Below are positions 9,507-18,162 of a stretch of DNA of 64,000 nt, piece after piece. The position numbers and the translations under genes are program-made. Under the pieces are notes generated by a model, which worked only from the letters and a program-made list of their open reading frames with translations, did not search any database and was not told the DNA's origin. Origin of the DNA: Candidatus Latescibacterota bacterium (GTDB lineage Bacteria; Latescibacterota; UBA2968; UBA8231); assembly GCA_965261395.1 (NCBI GenBank), contig OZ253462.1, positions 704,001 to 768,000 of the forward strand. The letters run 5' to 3'. How positions within the stretch are numbered: the first letter of the stretch is position 1; the number at the start of each line of letters is the position of its first letter.

Positions 9507-10625
9507 ATGGCAGAAAGCCAAGACAGCGGCTATGGCCGTGGCAAGACCGGATCAGGAGTCGAAGTAGCAGCCCCAGACTTACCCTACCAGCCGCGCGACC
9601 CGGCGACTTATCGTCCGCAGATCGGCCTAATCGGCTGCGGTGGCATTTCCGAGATGCACTTGCGGGCCTATAAAAACGCCGGCTATGAGGTCGCGGCCCT
9701 GTGCAGCCGTGATCAGGGGCGCGTCGAGCAGCGGCAGCGGGAATTCTACCCCGCGGCCGACACCTATCTCGACTATCGGGACCTGCTCGCCCGCGATGAC
9801 ATCGAAGTAGTGGACCTTACACCCCATCCGCAGGAGCGGCTGCCGATTCTCGAAGCGGCCATTGATGCTGGTAAACACGTCCTCAGCCAGAAGCCTTTTG
9901 TGCTCGACTTGGATGTGGGCGAGGCGCTCATTGCACGGGCCGAGCGGCGCGGCGTGCAACTGGCCGTCAATCAGAATGGCCGCTGGGCACCGCATTTTAG
10001 CTACATGCGCCACGCGGTGGCCGCTGGATTGGTCGGCCAAGTGCAGAGCGTCGAGTTCGCCGTGCATTGGGACCACAACTGGATCGCCAGCTCCGCCTTT
10101 GACTCGGTAGAGGATCTAGTGCTCTACGACTTCGGGATGCACTGGTTCGATATGGCAGTGGTGCTCTTAGGCAGCGAGATGCCGCAAAGGGTCCACGCCT
10201 CAGCCCGGCACGCAGCCGGCCAGGAAGCTAAACCGCCGCTTTTGGCCCAGGCGGCGATTGAGTGCGCGGGCGCGCAGGCGACAATCTTTCTCAACGGCAA
10301 CACTCGCCAAGGTCAACAGGACCGCACTTATTTGGTCGGCACAGAGGGCACCATAGACGCCAGCGGCATAGATCTGACCGCGCAGGAAGTCGCGCTATAT
10401 ACCGCTGCGGGCGTGGCCCGACCGCAGCTTGTGGGGACGTGGTTTGAGCAGGGGTTTCACGGGACCATGGGCGAACTGCTCTGCGCCGTCGAAGAGGGCC
10501 GCGAACCCAACAACAGCGCCCGCGAAAATCTCGCAAGCTTGGCGCTGTGCTTTGCAGCCGTAGCCAGCGCCCACCGTGGTGAACCCGTGGTGCCGGGAGC
10601 GGTGCGGCGATTGCCCGGCCATTAA
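9507..10625 (+). CDS. Gfo/Idh/MocA family oxidoreductase
   Basis: IGLIGCGGI Rossmann motif, AGKHVLSQKP, VNQNGRWAP and LYDFGMHWFD. It starts 3 nt after the upstream paralog, suggesting an operon. Confidence 0.9.
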   Translation: MAESQDSGYGRGKTGSGVEVAAPDLPYQPRDPATYRPQIGLIGCGGISEMHLRAYKNAGYEVAALCSRDQGRVEQRQREFYPAADTYLDYRDLLARDDIEVVDLTPHPQERLPILEAAIDAGKHVLSQKPFVLDLDVGEALIARAERRGVQLAVNQNGRWAPHFSYMRHAVAAGLVGQVQSVEFAVHWDHNWIASSAFDSVEDLVLYDFGMHWFDMAVVLLGSEMPQRVHASARHAAGQEAKPPLLAQAAIECAGAQATIFLNGNTRQGQQDRTYLVGTEGTIDASGIDLTAQEVALYTAAGVARPQLVGTWFEQGFHGTMGELLCAVEEGREPNNSARENLASLALCFAAVASAHRGEPVVPGAVRRLPGH

Positions 10626-10704
10626 GCCGCCTACAATGGGCTGGATCTTCGGTCCGCCACTTCGTTTTCCTGCCGCCAGACGGCAGTCTCCAAAGGAGTT
10701 TTCT

Positions 10705-11553
10705 ATGGATTCGACCTGCCTGCAACACACCTTGACCGAGGAGGAGCGTCGCCAATTTGCGGAGGACGGCTTCTTCATCGTCCGCGATGTGCTGCCTCGG
10801 GATTTGGTAGCACAGCTCATCCCCATCGTCGATCGACTCGCTGCCGAGTACCGGCCGAAAAAGGGGCTGGAAAAACACCAGATGCACAACTTGTTCGACT
10901 TTATCGGCAAAGATGAACTTTTTCTGGAGTTGCTCGACTGGCCAAAGACGTTTGCCAAGGTCTTCGGGATTTTGGGCTGGCACATTCAGCTTTACCACTC
11001 GCACTTGATCGTTACCCCGCCTTTAGACGGCGTCGTGCCCAAACGCAAGCGGCTGGGCTGGCATCAAGACAGCGGGCGGCTCAACATCGACTTGGAGACT
11101 CATCCCCGGCCGAGGGTCTCGCTCAAGGTGGCGTATTTTCTCACGGACTGCACCGAGACCAATCGCGGCAACTTCCACGCCGTGCCCGGCTCTCACCTAA
11201 GAAACAAGCTGGAAATGCCCGAGGACGAAGACTTAGACCCACCGGGCGCGGTGCCGATTCAAGTGGCGGCGGGAGACGCGGTCTTTTTCGACCGGCGGAT
11301 TTGGCACTCGGCCGGCCACAACTTTTCGCCCGACGCGCGCAGGGCGCTGTTTTACGGCTATAGCTACCGCTGGTTGCGGCCACGCGATGACATGACCGTG
11401 GAGCACCTGATGGACCGCTGCGATCCGATCCGGCAGCAGCTACTCGGTGCTGGCCCGAGCGGCGGGCACGGTTACACTTCGCCGAAAGAGGAAGACGTGC
11501 CGCTGAGAGAGTGGATCCGCGAGCATCTGGGTGCCGAAGCGGTGGTGCAATAA
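10705..11553 (+). CDS. Phytanoyl-CoA dioxygenase (PhyH)-family Fe(II)/2OG dioxygenase, EctD-like
   Basis: ATG after AAAGGAG. FAEDGFFIV, WHQD, VPGSH, GDAVFFDRRIWHSAGHN and a distal R. Confidence 0.9.
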   Translation: MDSTCLQHTLTEEERRQFAEDGFFIVRDVLPRDLVAQLIPIVDRLAAEYRPKKGLEKHQMHNLFDFIGKDELFLELLDWPKTFAKVFGILGWHIQLYHSHLIVTPPLDGVVPKRKRLGWHQDSGRLNIDLETHPRPRVSLKVAYFLTDCTETNRGNFHAVPGSHLRNKLEMPEDEDLDPPGAVPIQVAAGDAVFFDRRIWHSAGHNFSPDARRALFYGYSYRWLRPRDDMTVEHLMDRCDPIRQQLLGAGPSGGHGYTSPKEEDVPLREWIREHLGAEAVVQ

Positions 11554-11572
11554 ATACCGGCAGGTATTCAGA

Positions 11573-13930
11573 TCAGTAGACTATTGAGACCAACTCGACA
11601 GCCAACTCGGTGCTCCCATCCCCTTTGACCTTCAACCGCGCTATATAATTGCCCGGCGGCACTTGCCCTCTCGTCCCGGTGCGCCCGTCCCACGCCAACC
11701 GCAGCGGTCCGGCCATGCCCATCGACTCTACCCCGGCCACGCGTCGTCCCGCCAAATCGAAAATCTCCAGCTGCACGGGCCGCGCTGTCAAAACATCGAC
11801 CAGATCCAGTGCGACGACCAACTCGTCATTGACCCCGTCGCCGTTGGGCGTCAACACGCTGGGGGCAATGGACATATTGGCCCACAAGGATCGACCCAGC
11901 GGCAAGCGCACCACATTGGTGCTGCTTTCCACCAACTCCGCAGCATCCCCTGGTTCGACCCGCTGGCGCACGGGCTCGGCCAGACGACTGTCCTCCAAAA
12001 ACAGCTCAAAGCGAGTGGCGTCGAGGAATATGGCCGCGGCAAAATCCACTTCCACCAACTGCCCCGAGCGCACTGGCTGCGGCAATTGCACGGCAAAACC
12101 ATCCTCCACCGCGGCCACTGCCACTTCCCGCACCACCCCATCCACCCGCATCTGGTCGAACTGCAAATCCGTCGAGGCCCGCACCAATAGTCGGTCAAAG
12201 CCGTTGCGCGTGCGCACGGGCCGCACATAGTACGTAAAAATTTCCTGCCGACCCGGTTGCACCAGCACGGGTGCCAGTTCCGCGACTACCTGCTGGGCCA
12301 GGGGCTCGGAAAAATCCAGCACCACCCAATCCAGCCACGCCCCCATCGCCGGATCGCCGGATACCAGCCGCCCTTCCAACTGCACATAGCGCCGCATGGA
12401 GGGCGACTGGAAGGGCTGGTCCGGCTCCAAGTACACCGGACTCCACGGACTCCAATCCACCCCTGGCACAAAGACCGTGTCAATGGGCCCGCGAAAAGAG
12501 GGGATGCGCCGCTCCCACTGCCGCTGAGTGATTTCCTTGCCCTCTGGACTGCGGTATATCACCTCAGTATCGAGCGTATTGCCCGAGCGGCTGCGCAGCT
12601 CCAGACGCGTGCCCCCCGGGGCCTGACCGCCCCAGCGCAAGGCATTGATATTCTTCTGTCCCTGCAAATCCAAAATGGGCGAGCGCAGATCTACCTGGAC
12701 CGGCGCGCCGCGGCCAAAGACCTGGAGTTCGGAGATAGTACCAGAAGCTCCGCAGCCGCGCGCATCCTCGCCGCCGAACTCGTCGCCGCAGTTGGCGTCC
12801 CACGTCTTCCATCTGATGCGCACAAAGCGGACCGGTAGACTGGTAAAACGGTGATCGGCTAAGCCCTGTACCCGGTTGAGCCAGCTACCCCAACCGGAAA
12901 AGTGCTTGGTCCAGCGCAGCGAGCCGTCCGGAGCCCGTGAACCGTCCGAGGTCAATACCTCGTAGAAATTGAACGAGAACCCGCGGTACTGGCCGGAAAA
13001 GGTGAGCAGCCGCACCTGGTCAACCCAGTAAACAGCCCCCAGATCTAGGGTGATCTGGGCAATCACATCGACATCGGCCCGGGTCGCCCGGATATTGGAC
13101 CAGACTGTGCTGATGCGGCCGTCCATCAACTGCAGGGCATTGGCCAGATTCGGGGTATCGGGATTCTTGGTATCGACCCCCACGACAATGTCCACGCTGC
13201 CGCCTCGCTCGATGGCCCCCTGTACCAGATTGTCGCCAAAGGCCTCCACCTCGATCTCGACCAGTCGCGCCTCGGGCGCCGCTTTCAGGGCCTCTACCCG
13301 CACGAAGTGCACTGGGAAGGGCTCGTCCGGGTTCAATTCATAGGTGATCCGGCGGCGGCGGTCCTCGGTAAAGCGCTCTTTAATCCGGTACGCCAAGGTG
13401 CCTTCTATCTGCGTGCGGGTCTCGTCGCGGAACTGTTCGCCAGTGGACAGCAGCAGATCGAAAATCTCAAAGGGAGGGCCTCGCTCGGAAAAAATCAGAT
13501 GCACCCGGTGGGCCGAAACCACCCGGCCCAGATCCACTTCGACAAACCAGTCCTCGACCCTCTCGTCCAAATCCGGCCCCCAGCCCGTGTCCCCGTCCCC
13601 GTCCAGCACCCCCGGCGCCTCCAGGGCATTGGAACCCACCCGGCTGATCCCCCCGCCAAAGGCCACCGCGTCCAGGACCGCATTGTTGTTCCGGCGCACC
13701 GCCACCGGCCGAATGATCCCCTCCCGCGTCAGTTCCACCGCCCCCAGGGGCAACTCCCACTGGTGCCACTGAGCCGCTGTTGCAAAGCGCAACTCGTCGC
13801 CGGCGCCCTTTTGCCAAGGGGCCAACAGAATGCCGATGGCGAGCAAAAACGCCCGGCCTGAATCCATTGCCGCACGACGGAAAATGCCCCCACTCGCCGC
13901 ATCCCGGCGGATTTCTACTCCCTGCTCCAT
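11573..13930 (-). CDS. Secreted discoidin/F5-8-like repeat protein with a C-terminal FlgD Ig-like domain
   Basis: Signal-peptide-like RAFLLAIGILLAPW. VDLGR and LDLGAVYWVDQVRL discoidin-type motifs. C-terminal PSVLTPNGDGVND..IFDLAGRRV..WDGR...VPPGNYI (FlgD_ig). The start is uncertain (13930 or 13867); the longer ORF extension overlaps the upstream gene. Confidence 0.7.
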   Translation of the reverse strand: MEQGVEIRRDAASGGIFRRAAMDSGRAFLLAIGILLAPWQKGAGDELRFATAAQWHQWELPLGAVELTREGIIRPVAVRRNNNAVLDAVAFGGGISRVGSNALEAPGVLDGDGDTGWGPDLDERVEDWFVEVDLGRVVSAHRVHLIFSERGPPFEIFDLLLSTGEQFRDETRTQIEGTLAYRIKERFTEDRRRRITYELNPDEPFPVHFVRVEALKAAPEARLVEIEVEAFGDNLVQGAIERGGSVDIVVGVDTKNPDTPNLANALQLMDGRISTVWSNIRATRADVDVIAQITLDLGAVYWVDQVRLLTFSGQYRGFSFNFYEVLTSDGSRAPDGSLRWTKHFSGWGSWLNRVQGLADHRFTSLPVRFVRIRWKTWDANCGDEFGGEDARGCGASGTISELQVFGRGAPVQVDLRSPILDLQGQKNINALRWGGQAPGGTRLELRSRSGNTLDTEVIYRSPEGKEITQRQWERRIPSFRGPIDTVFVPGVDWSPWSPVYLEPDQPFQSPSMRRYVQLEGRLVSGDPAMGAWLDWVVLDFSEPLAQQVVAELAPVLVQPGRQEIFTYYVRPVRTRNGFDRLLVRASTDLQFDQMRVDGVVREVAVAAVEDGFAVQLPQPVRSGQLVEVDFAAAIFLDATRFELFLEDSRLAEPVRQRVEPGDAAELVESSTNVVRLPLGRSLWANMSIAPSVLTPNGDGVNDELVVALDLVDVLTARPVQLEIFDLAGRRVAGVESMGMAGPLRLAWDGRTGTRGQVPPGNYIARLKVKGDGSTELAVELVSIVY

Positions 13931-14001
13931 CGACACCCACTTCCCCTTTGACAGAGTTTGTGGGTATCTATAGTAAACAAAAAGCGACGCATGCGTCGCC
14001 C

Positions 14002-16934
14002 CTAGGCCGGTAGCCCTGCAAAGAGCCGGCTGAACAGGCTGGTCAAGGGCTCGGTCTCGCCGCGCTGGGCCGCCCGGGCAAAGACTACGCCGGGCTGGGC
14101 CGCCCGCACTGCCCGGCCCAAAATGTGGTAATCGGCACGGCTGGGCCGTTGGGCCGCTTCCCGCGCCTCGCTCCAGCCCTGGTTGGTGGCGGCTAGACCC
14201 CATAGGGCACGCGGTGCCCGCACCTTGGTCTCCTCGACCGACAGGCCGTCGCGCCAACAACCACGCTGAGCGAATAGACTACCATCTTCCCGATAGATCA
14301 GCCCACCGCCCACGTATTGAATCAACTGCTGTTGGTTGCCCCGCGCGCCCGACAGGGCCAACAGAGCCAAGGGCCCCAAGTCGTTGTCGTCGAAATCGGC
14401 CTGCTGGTGGAAAGCCGCCACCAACTCGTCGCTGTACATTTGCCACTCGTCCCAATTGATCTCTGCGGGCTGCTCAGGCCACTCCTTGCCCGAACCCAAG
14501 AAGGGGTTGAAGGAAGCCCCCGACTGCTTGCAGACCTCAAAACCGCGCCGCGTCAGCCGGTCGAGTACCTCCAGTGATCGCTGCAAACCCTCACGCTGCA
14601 GCACCTGCGCTAGCAAGCGGTTGAGATCGTGCTTGGCGAACAGTCGGCTGCCATCCACAGCCACTCCAGTCAGTTCCTCCACTTCAGCGCGGCCTTCCTC
14701 CGTGCGGCACAGCCGCGCCAAGCCCCATATCATGCCGTGGTAGTTGTCGGCCACGTAGCGCCATACATCCGCATCGCGCTGTATGTGTCCGGCCACCGAC
14801 AGCGCGGTTCCGGCTTCGGCCTGGGCTTCCTCCGTGAGAGGCAAAAACACCTCGATATGGTCGCCGTCGAAATCTAGCTCCATCAGTCGGCAGACGCGCG
14901 GATGGACGCGCACTGCGGCCCCGGCCAAACGCTGCGGACGAAAGGCCACCATCGCGGTGGGCGGCACGTGGAACATCGGACCTTCTTCAACCAGCACCCG
15001 CTGGGCGCTGTACAGCAGCACCCACGAGCGCGCCATGATCGCGTCCAAAACCTCAGCCGCATGGGCCGAACGCCGCGCCACTTCCTCAGCGCGACCTATT
15101 TCCCGCTCCACCTGAGGCCCGAACAAAGCCCAGGCCATTTCCTCGGGCAGGCCCACTTGGTCAAGATTCAACTCAAACCCCGAAACAAGCGCGGCCCGGC
15201 CGCTAAACAGCGGTCTGGCCCGGAAGTGAAGGTGCTCTGGGCGCAACAACGCGGTAAAAAAATCCTCCACCCGTTGGGCCACCTGCGCCACTGCCGGTCC
15301 GACTAGGACCTCGGGGGCCTCGCTATCGACGACGCGCTGCAAGCGCGCATTGGCTTCGACCAAATCCTCGTAGCAGCCCCGGACCGGGTCGAACTCGGTC
15401 CCCACTGGCAAAGCGACGGGGGCTCCCACCGTCCCGACCTGGCGTCCCGGGGCCCACGGGTGCGGCACTGGCCGGGCTAGGGTCAGTCCCTCGGGCTCGG
15501 CAAAGGAGAAGCGCAACTCCCCACTCGCTAACTCGGCCCGTATCCCGGCCATACCCAACAACTGCTGCAACAAAGCAAAGCGCGGGGACGGTGGTGGGGA
15601 CAGGGATATCGGGCCGGTGGTTAGGCGCTGGCCCAGCGCATTGGCATCGGGTCGCTCGGCCGCGGCCGTGTTGAACAAAGCGTGGATATTGGCTACGGCC
15701 CCGGCCTCGCACAAAGCTCCGTAGGCTATCATATCCAGTTCTGGTCCGCCGACTCCTGTCACCGCAGTTTCCAAGCGCTCGGCCGCGGTGTGGGCCGCCA
15801 GAAGGCCCCAGTACACCCAACCCACAGTACTGCGATAGGGTAGCTTTGCGCCTTTGAGGGTCAGTTGCTCCATGCCATCTTCGGACAGTCCCGCCTCGAA
15901 TAGACGCGCTTTCAACATCTCTTCGCTGGGTGCCTGAAAAGGTGGTACCACCGACGGGTGCCCGGCGACTTGGGCGAGGCGACCCATGACCGCCTCGCGC
16001 TGCTGGCCGAAATTGAGCCGCGAGACCATACTGGTGGGGCTGAAGATGAGTTCTATCGGCGCACCATCGGGCAACTGCGGCATGTCGGCGTCGGGCAGGA
16101 TGCGCGTCACCACCGCTTTGGCACCGTGGCGGTTGCTCATGCGGTCGCCCACCCCCACTGCGGCGGGAAAATCCATCCGCGCCGCGGCCGATTCGCTAAT
16201 GACCAAGCCATCCTCAAACGTGTCTCCATCCCACATGATGAAGGCGGTCAACAGATTGTAGCCACCCCAAAAATCGACGGCCCCGGACTCGTATCCCGTC
16301 TGCACTAGGGCCGGTTCGGGCTTGTGGCCCTTGGAGGCCAAGCGCTGGTCGTACTGTTGGCGGAACCAACCCGTGGAGTGGATCGGTGCCGCTGTATCGG
16401 CTGCGCTCGTCCACTGGCGCATCATATTGATGCCCATTAGGGCGCGATTGGTATCGTCGTGTTCGAGAAAGGGCACCATAGAGGCCGAAAAACCCAAGAT
16501 GCTGTCGGGCGCTTTGTCGGTTCGTTCGAGCTTGCCGTCGCGGATGCGGGCACCGCGGGCCACTTCCAGCATTCGACCGATATTGGGGCCTTCGGGGATG
16601 CAGTAGGGGCACACTAGGCCGTATTGGCTGTAGGGGAAAACGTCTTGGTCGTCAAAGGGCTCGACGACGATGGGGATCAGCGTCAGCCGCCGCAAATGGG
16701 TATAGCGGTCGAGCCAATTGGTCGCCTGTAGATACTGCGAAGTTTCCTCCAAGTGGAAGTCGCGCATCCAGGCGTCCAGCGGCAGCCAGTTGCGCACCAA
16801 GTCGCCATCCCAAGCCAACTGCTCGGGGGCCGCCTCCAACCTTTGGTCAATAAAGTCGTATAGCTGTTCGCCCACACACAGAATTCGCGCTTGAAAGACT
16901 CCCTATGCCAGGGTACGTCGAGATTCAATGTCAT
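14002..16934 (-). CDS. Miniaturised single-chain RNA polymerase beta/beta-prime (RpoB-RpoC) fusion-like protein; 5' end frameshifted near 16895
   Basis: The 957-aa frame (14002-16875) has RpoB blocks SQYLQATNWLDRYTHLRR, VCPYCIPEGPNIG, PFLEHDDTNRALMGINMMRQ, FEDGLVISE and VGDRMSNRHGAKAVV..LPDADMP. RpoC blocks follow: FSGRAALV, VRVHPRVCRLMELDFDGD and SGARG. The strong GGAGG RBS precedes the ATG at 16934, in a different frame. Confidence 0.85.
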
Positions 16935-16975
16935 TAATGTTCCTCCGGGTTATTATTCGCGCTATGAGTTGTGGG

Positions 16976-17022
16976 TCCGGTATCTGCATCGAGGCCCTCC
17001 GCAGATAAAGACGCCGCCCGGA
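16976..17022 (-). promoter_or_regulatory. Stem-loop in the 5' leader of the mini-RNAP gene
   Basis: TATCTGC (16981-87) pairs with GCAGATA (17001-07). Flanking TCCGG/CCGGA could extend the stem across a bulge. Confidence 0.35.
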
Positions 17023-17169
17023 AAGTACAGGTTCAAGGTCGAAGGTAAAAAAGTCCCGAAACCTCATTGGAGGCTGGCTTCTTTTACGAGTTGACTCACT
17101 AGTCGAGCAGGGTATCTTACCACCCACCGTCCGAATACCAACCTTAACCCTTACAGGTGCTCTTGCCTT

Positions 17170-18123
17170 ATGAGACTAACACCAGCCCAACTCGACCAGT
17201 TTTACCGCGACGGCTACATCATCGTCCCCGACCTGTTCACTGCCGACGAGATGGACGCCGCCCTAGCGGCGATGGAACAGACTTTCTACGGCCAATTCTT
17301 CCAGCAGTGGCTGACCGATTGCGACCAAGGCGATGCCTCCGGGGTCTCGGACGGCTTCACCACCACGCACGACCACTCCGAGGGCCGCTCGCAATTTCCC
17401 GTGGGTGCGCCAGCCTTGGATCGGCTAATAGAAAACGAGACCTACCTCGACATTTTCGAGCAATGTCTGGGCGCAAAAGCCAGCTACTGCAACGCCCACC
17501 TCTTCATGCGCTCGGGGCCTACCGACAAGCGCCATCCCGACAACCCTTGGGAGGGCTACCACATTGACCACTACACCAATTGCCTGCTGCCGCCCTACGA
17601 CCAAACAGGCCGTTTCGACTACGTCAATTCGGGGGTGTATCTGCACGATGTCGAAGACGACGGTGCCCCCATGCAGATCATCCCCGGCTCGCACAAAGTA
17701 GCTGGCCCCGCTTTTGTGCGGGCGCTTGCCCAAGGCAACGCCACGGGTGGGTCCTTCAAGGACCTGCGCCAAGCCACCGAACTAGCCGCTCCGGTCCCCG
17801 CTACCGGTCGGCGCGGGGCGGCTGCCTTCTACTCGTCGTATCTGGTACACGCGGCGCAACCCTTTGCCAATAAGCGCAAGCAGCGCGCCTTTTGGACTTT
17901 GTCCATGTGCCGCCGCGACAACGATCGCTGGACCCGGTTCGCCAATCCCTTCATCTACGGCGAACGCGAGCACATGTTGCCCTTTTTCACGGCCACCACG
18001 CCCCGGGTGCGCGGCCTGTTCGGCTGGCCCGAACCCGGCCACCCGTACTTCACCAGCCAAACCCTGGAACTTTTGCAGCATACCCTACCTGGCATTGATA
18101 CAGGTCCCTATCGCGAAAGTTGA
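17170..18123 (+). CDS. PhyH-family Fe(II)/2OG dioxygenase
   Basis: FYRDGYIIV, YHID, IIPGSH and YLVHAAQP. Confidence 0.85.
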   Translation: MRLTPAQLDQFYRDGYIIVPDLFTADEMDAALAAMEQTFYGQFFQQWLTDCDQGDASGVSDGFTTTHDHSEGRSQFPVGAPALDRLIENETYLDIFEQCLGAKASYCNAHLFMRSGPTDKRHPDNPWEGYHIDHYTNCLLPPYDQTGRFDYVNSGVYLHDVEDDGAPMQIIPGSHKVAGPAFVRALAQGNATGGSFKDLRQATELAAPVPATGRRGAAAFYSSYLVHAAQPFANKRKQRAFWTLSMCRRDNDRWTRFANPFIYGEREHMLPFFTATTPRVRGLFGWPEPGHPYFTSQTLELLQHTLPGIDTGPYRES

Positions 18124-18162
18124 AAGATTGCCAACTGTGGATCGAAAGGTCGTCTCCCATCT

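Noticed and set aside
13931-14260. N-terminal extension of the 895-aa ORF, and similar extensions in the ORF track (4670, 10576, 31977, 33152, 48368, 52162, 53293)
   Set aside because: They overlap neighbouring genes or lack family similarity, and downstream starts with an RBS fit better.
14002-16875. Calling this the organism's housekeeping rpoB or rpoC
   Set aside because: It is about one third of the combined length, lacks essential modules, is highly diverged, and has no rplL/rpsL context.
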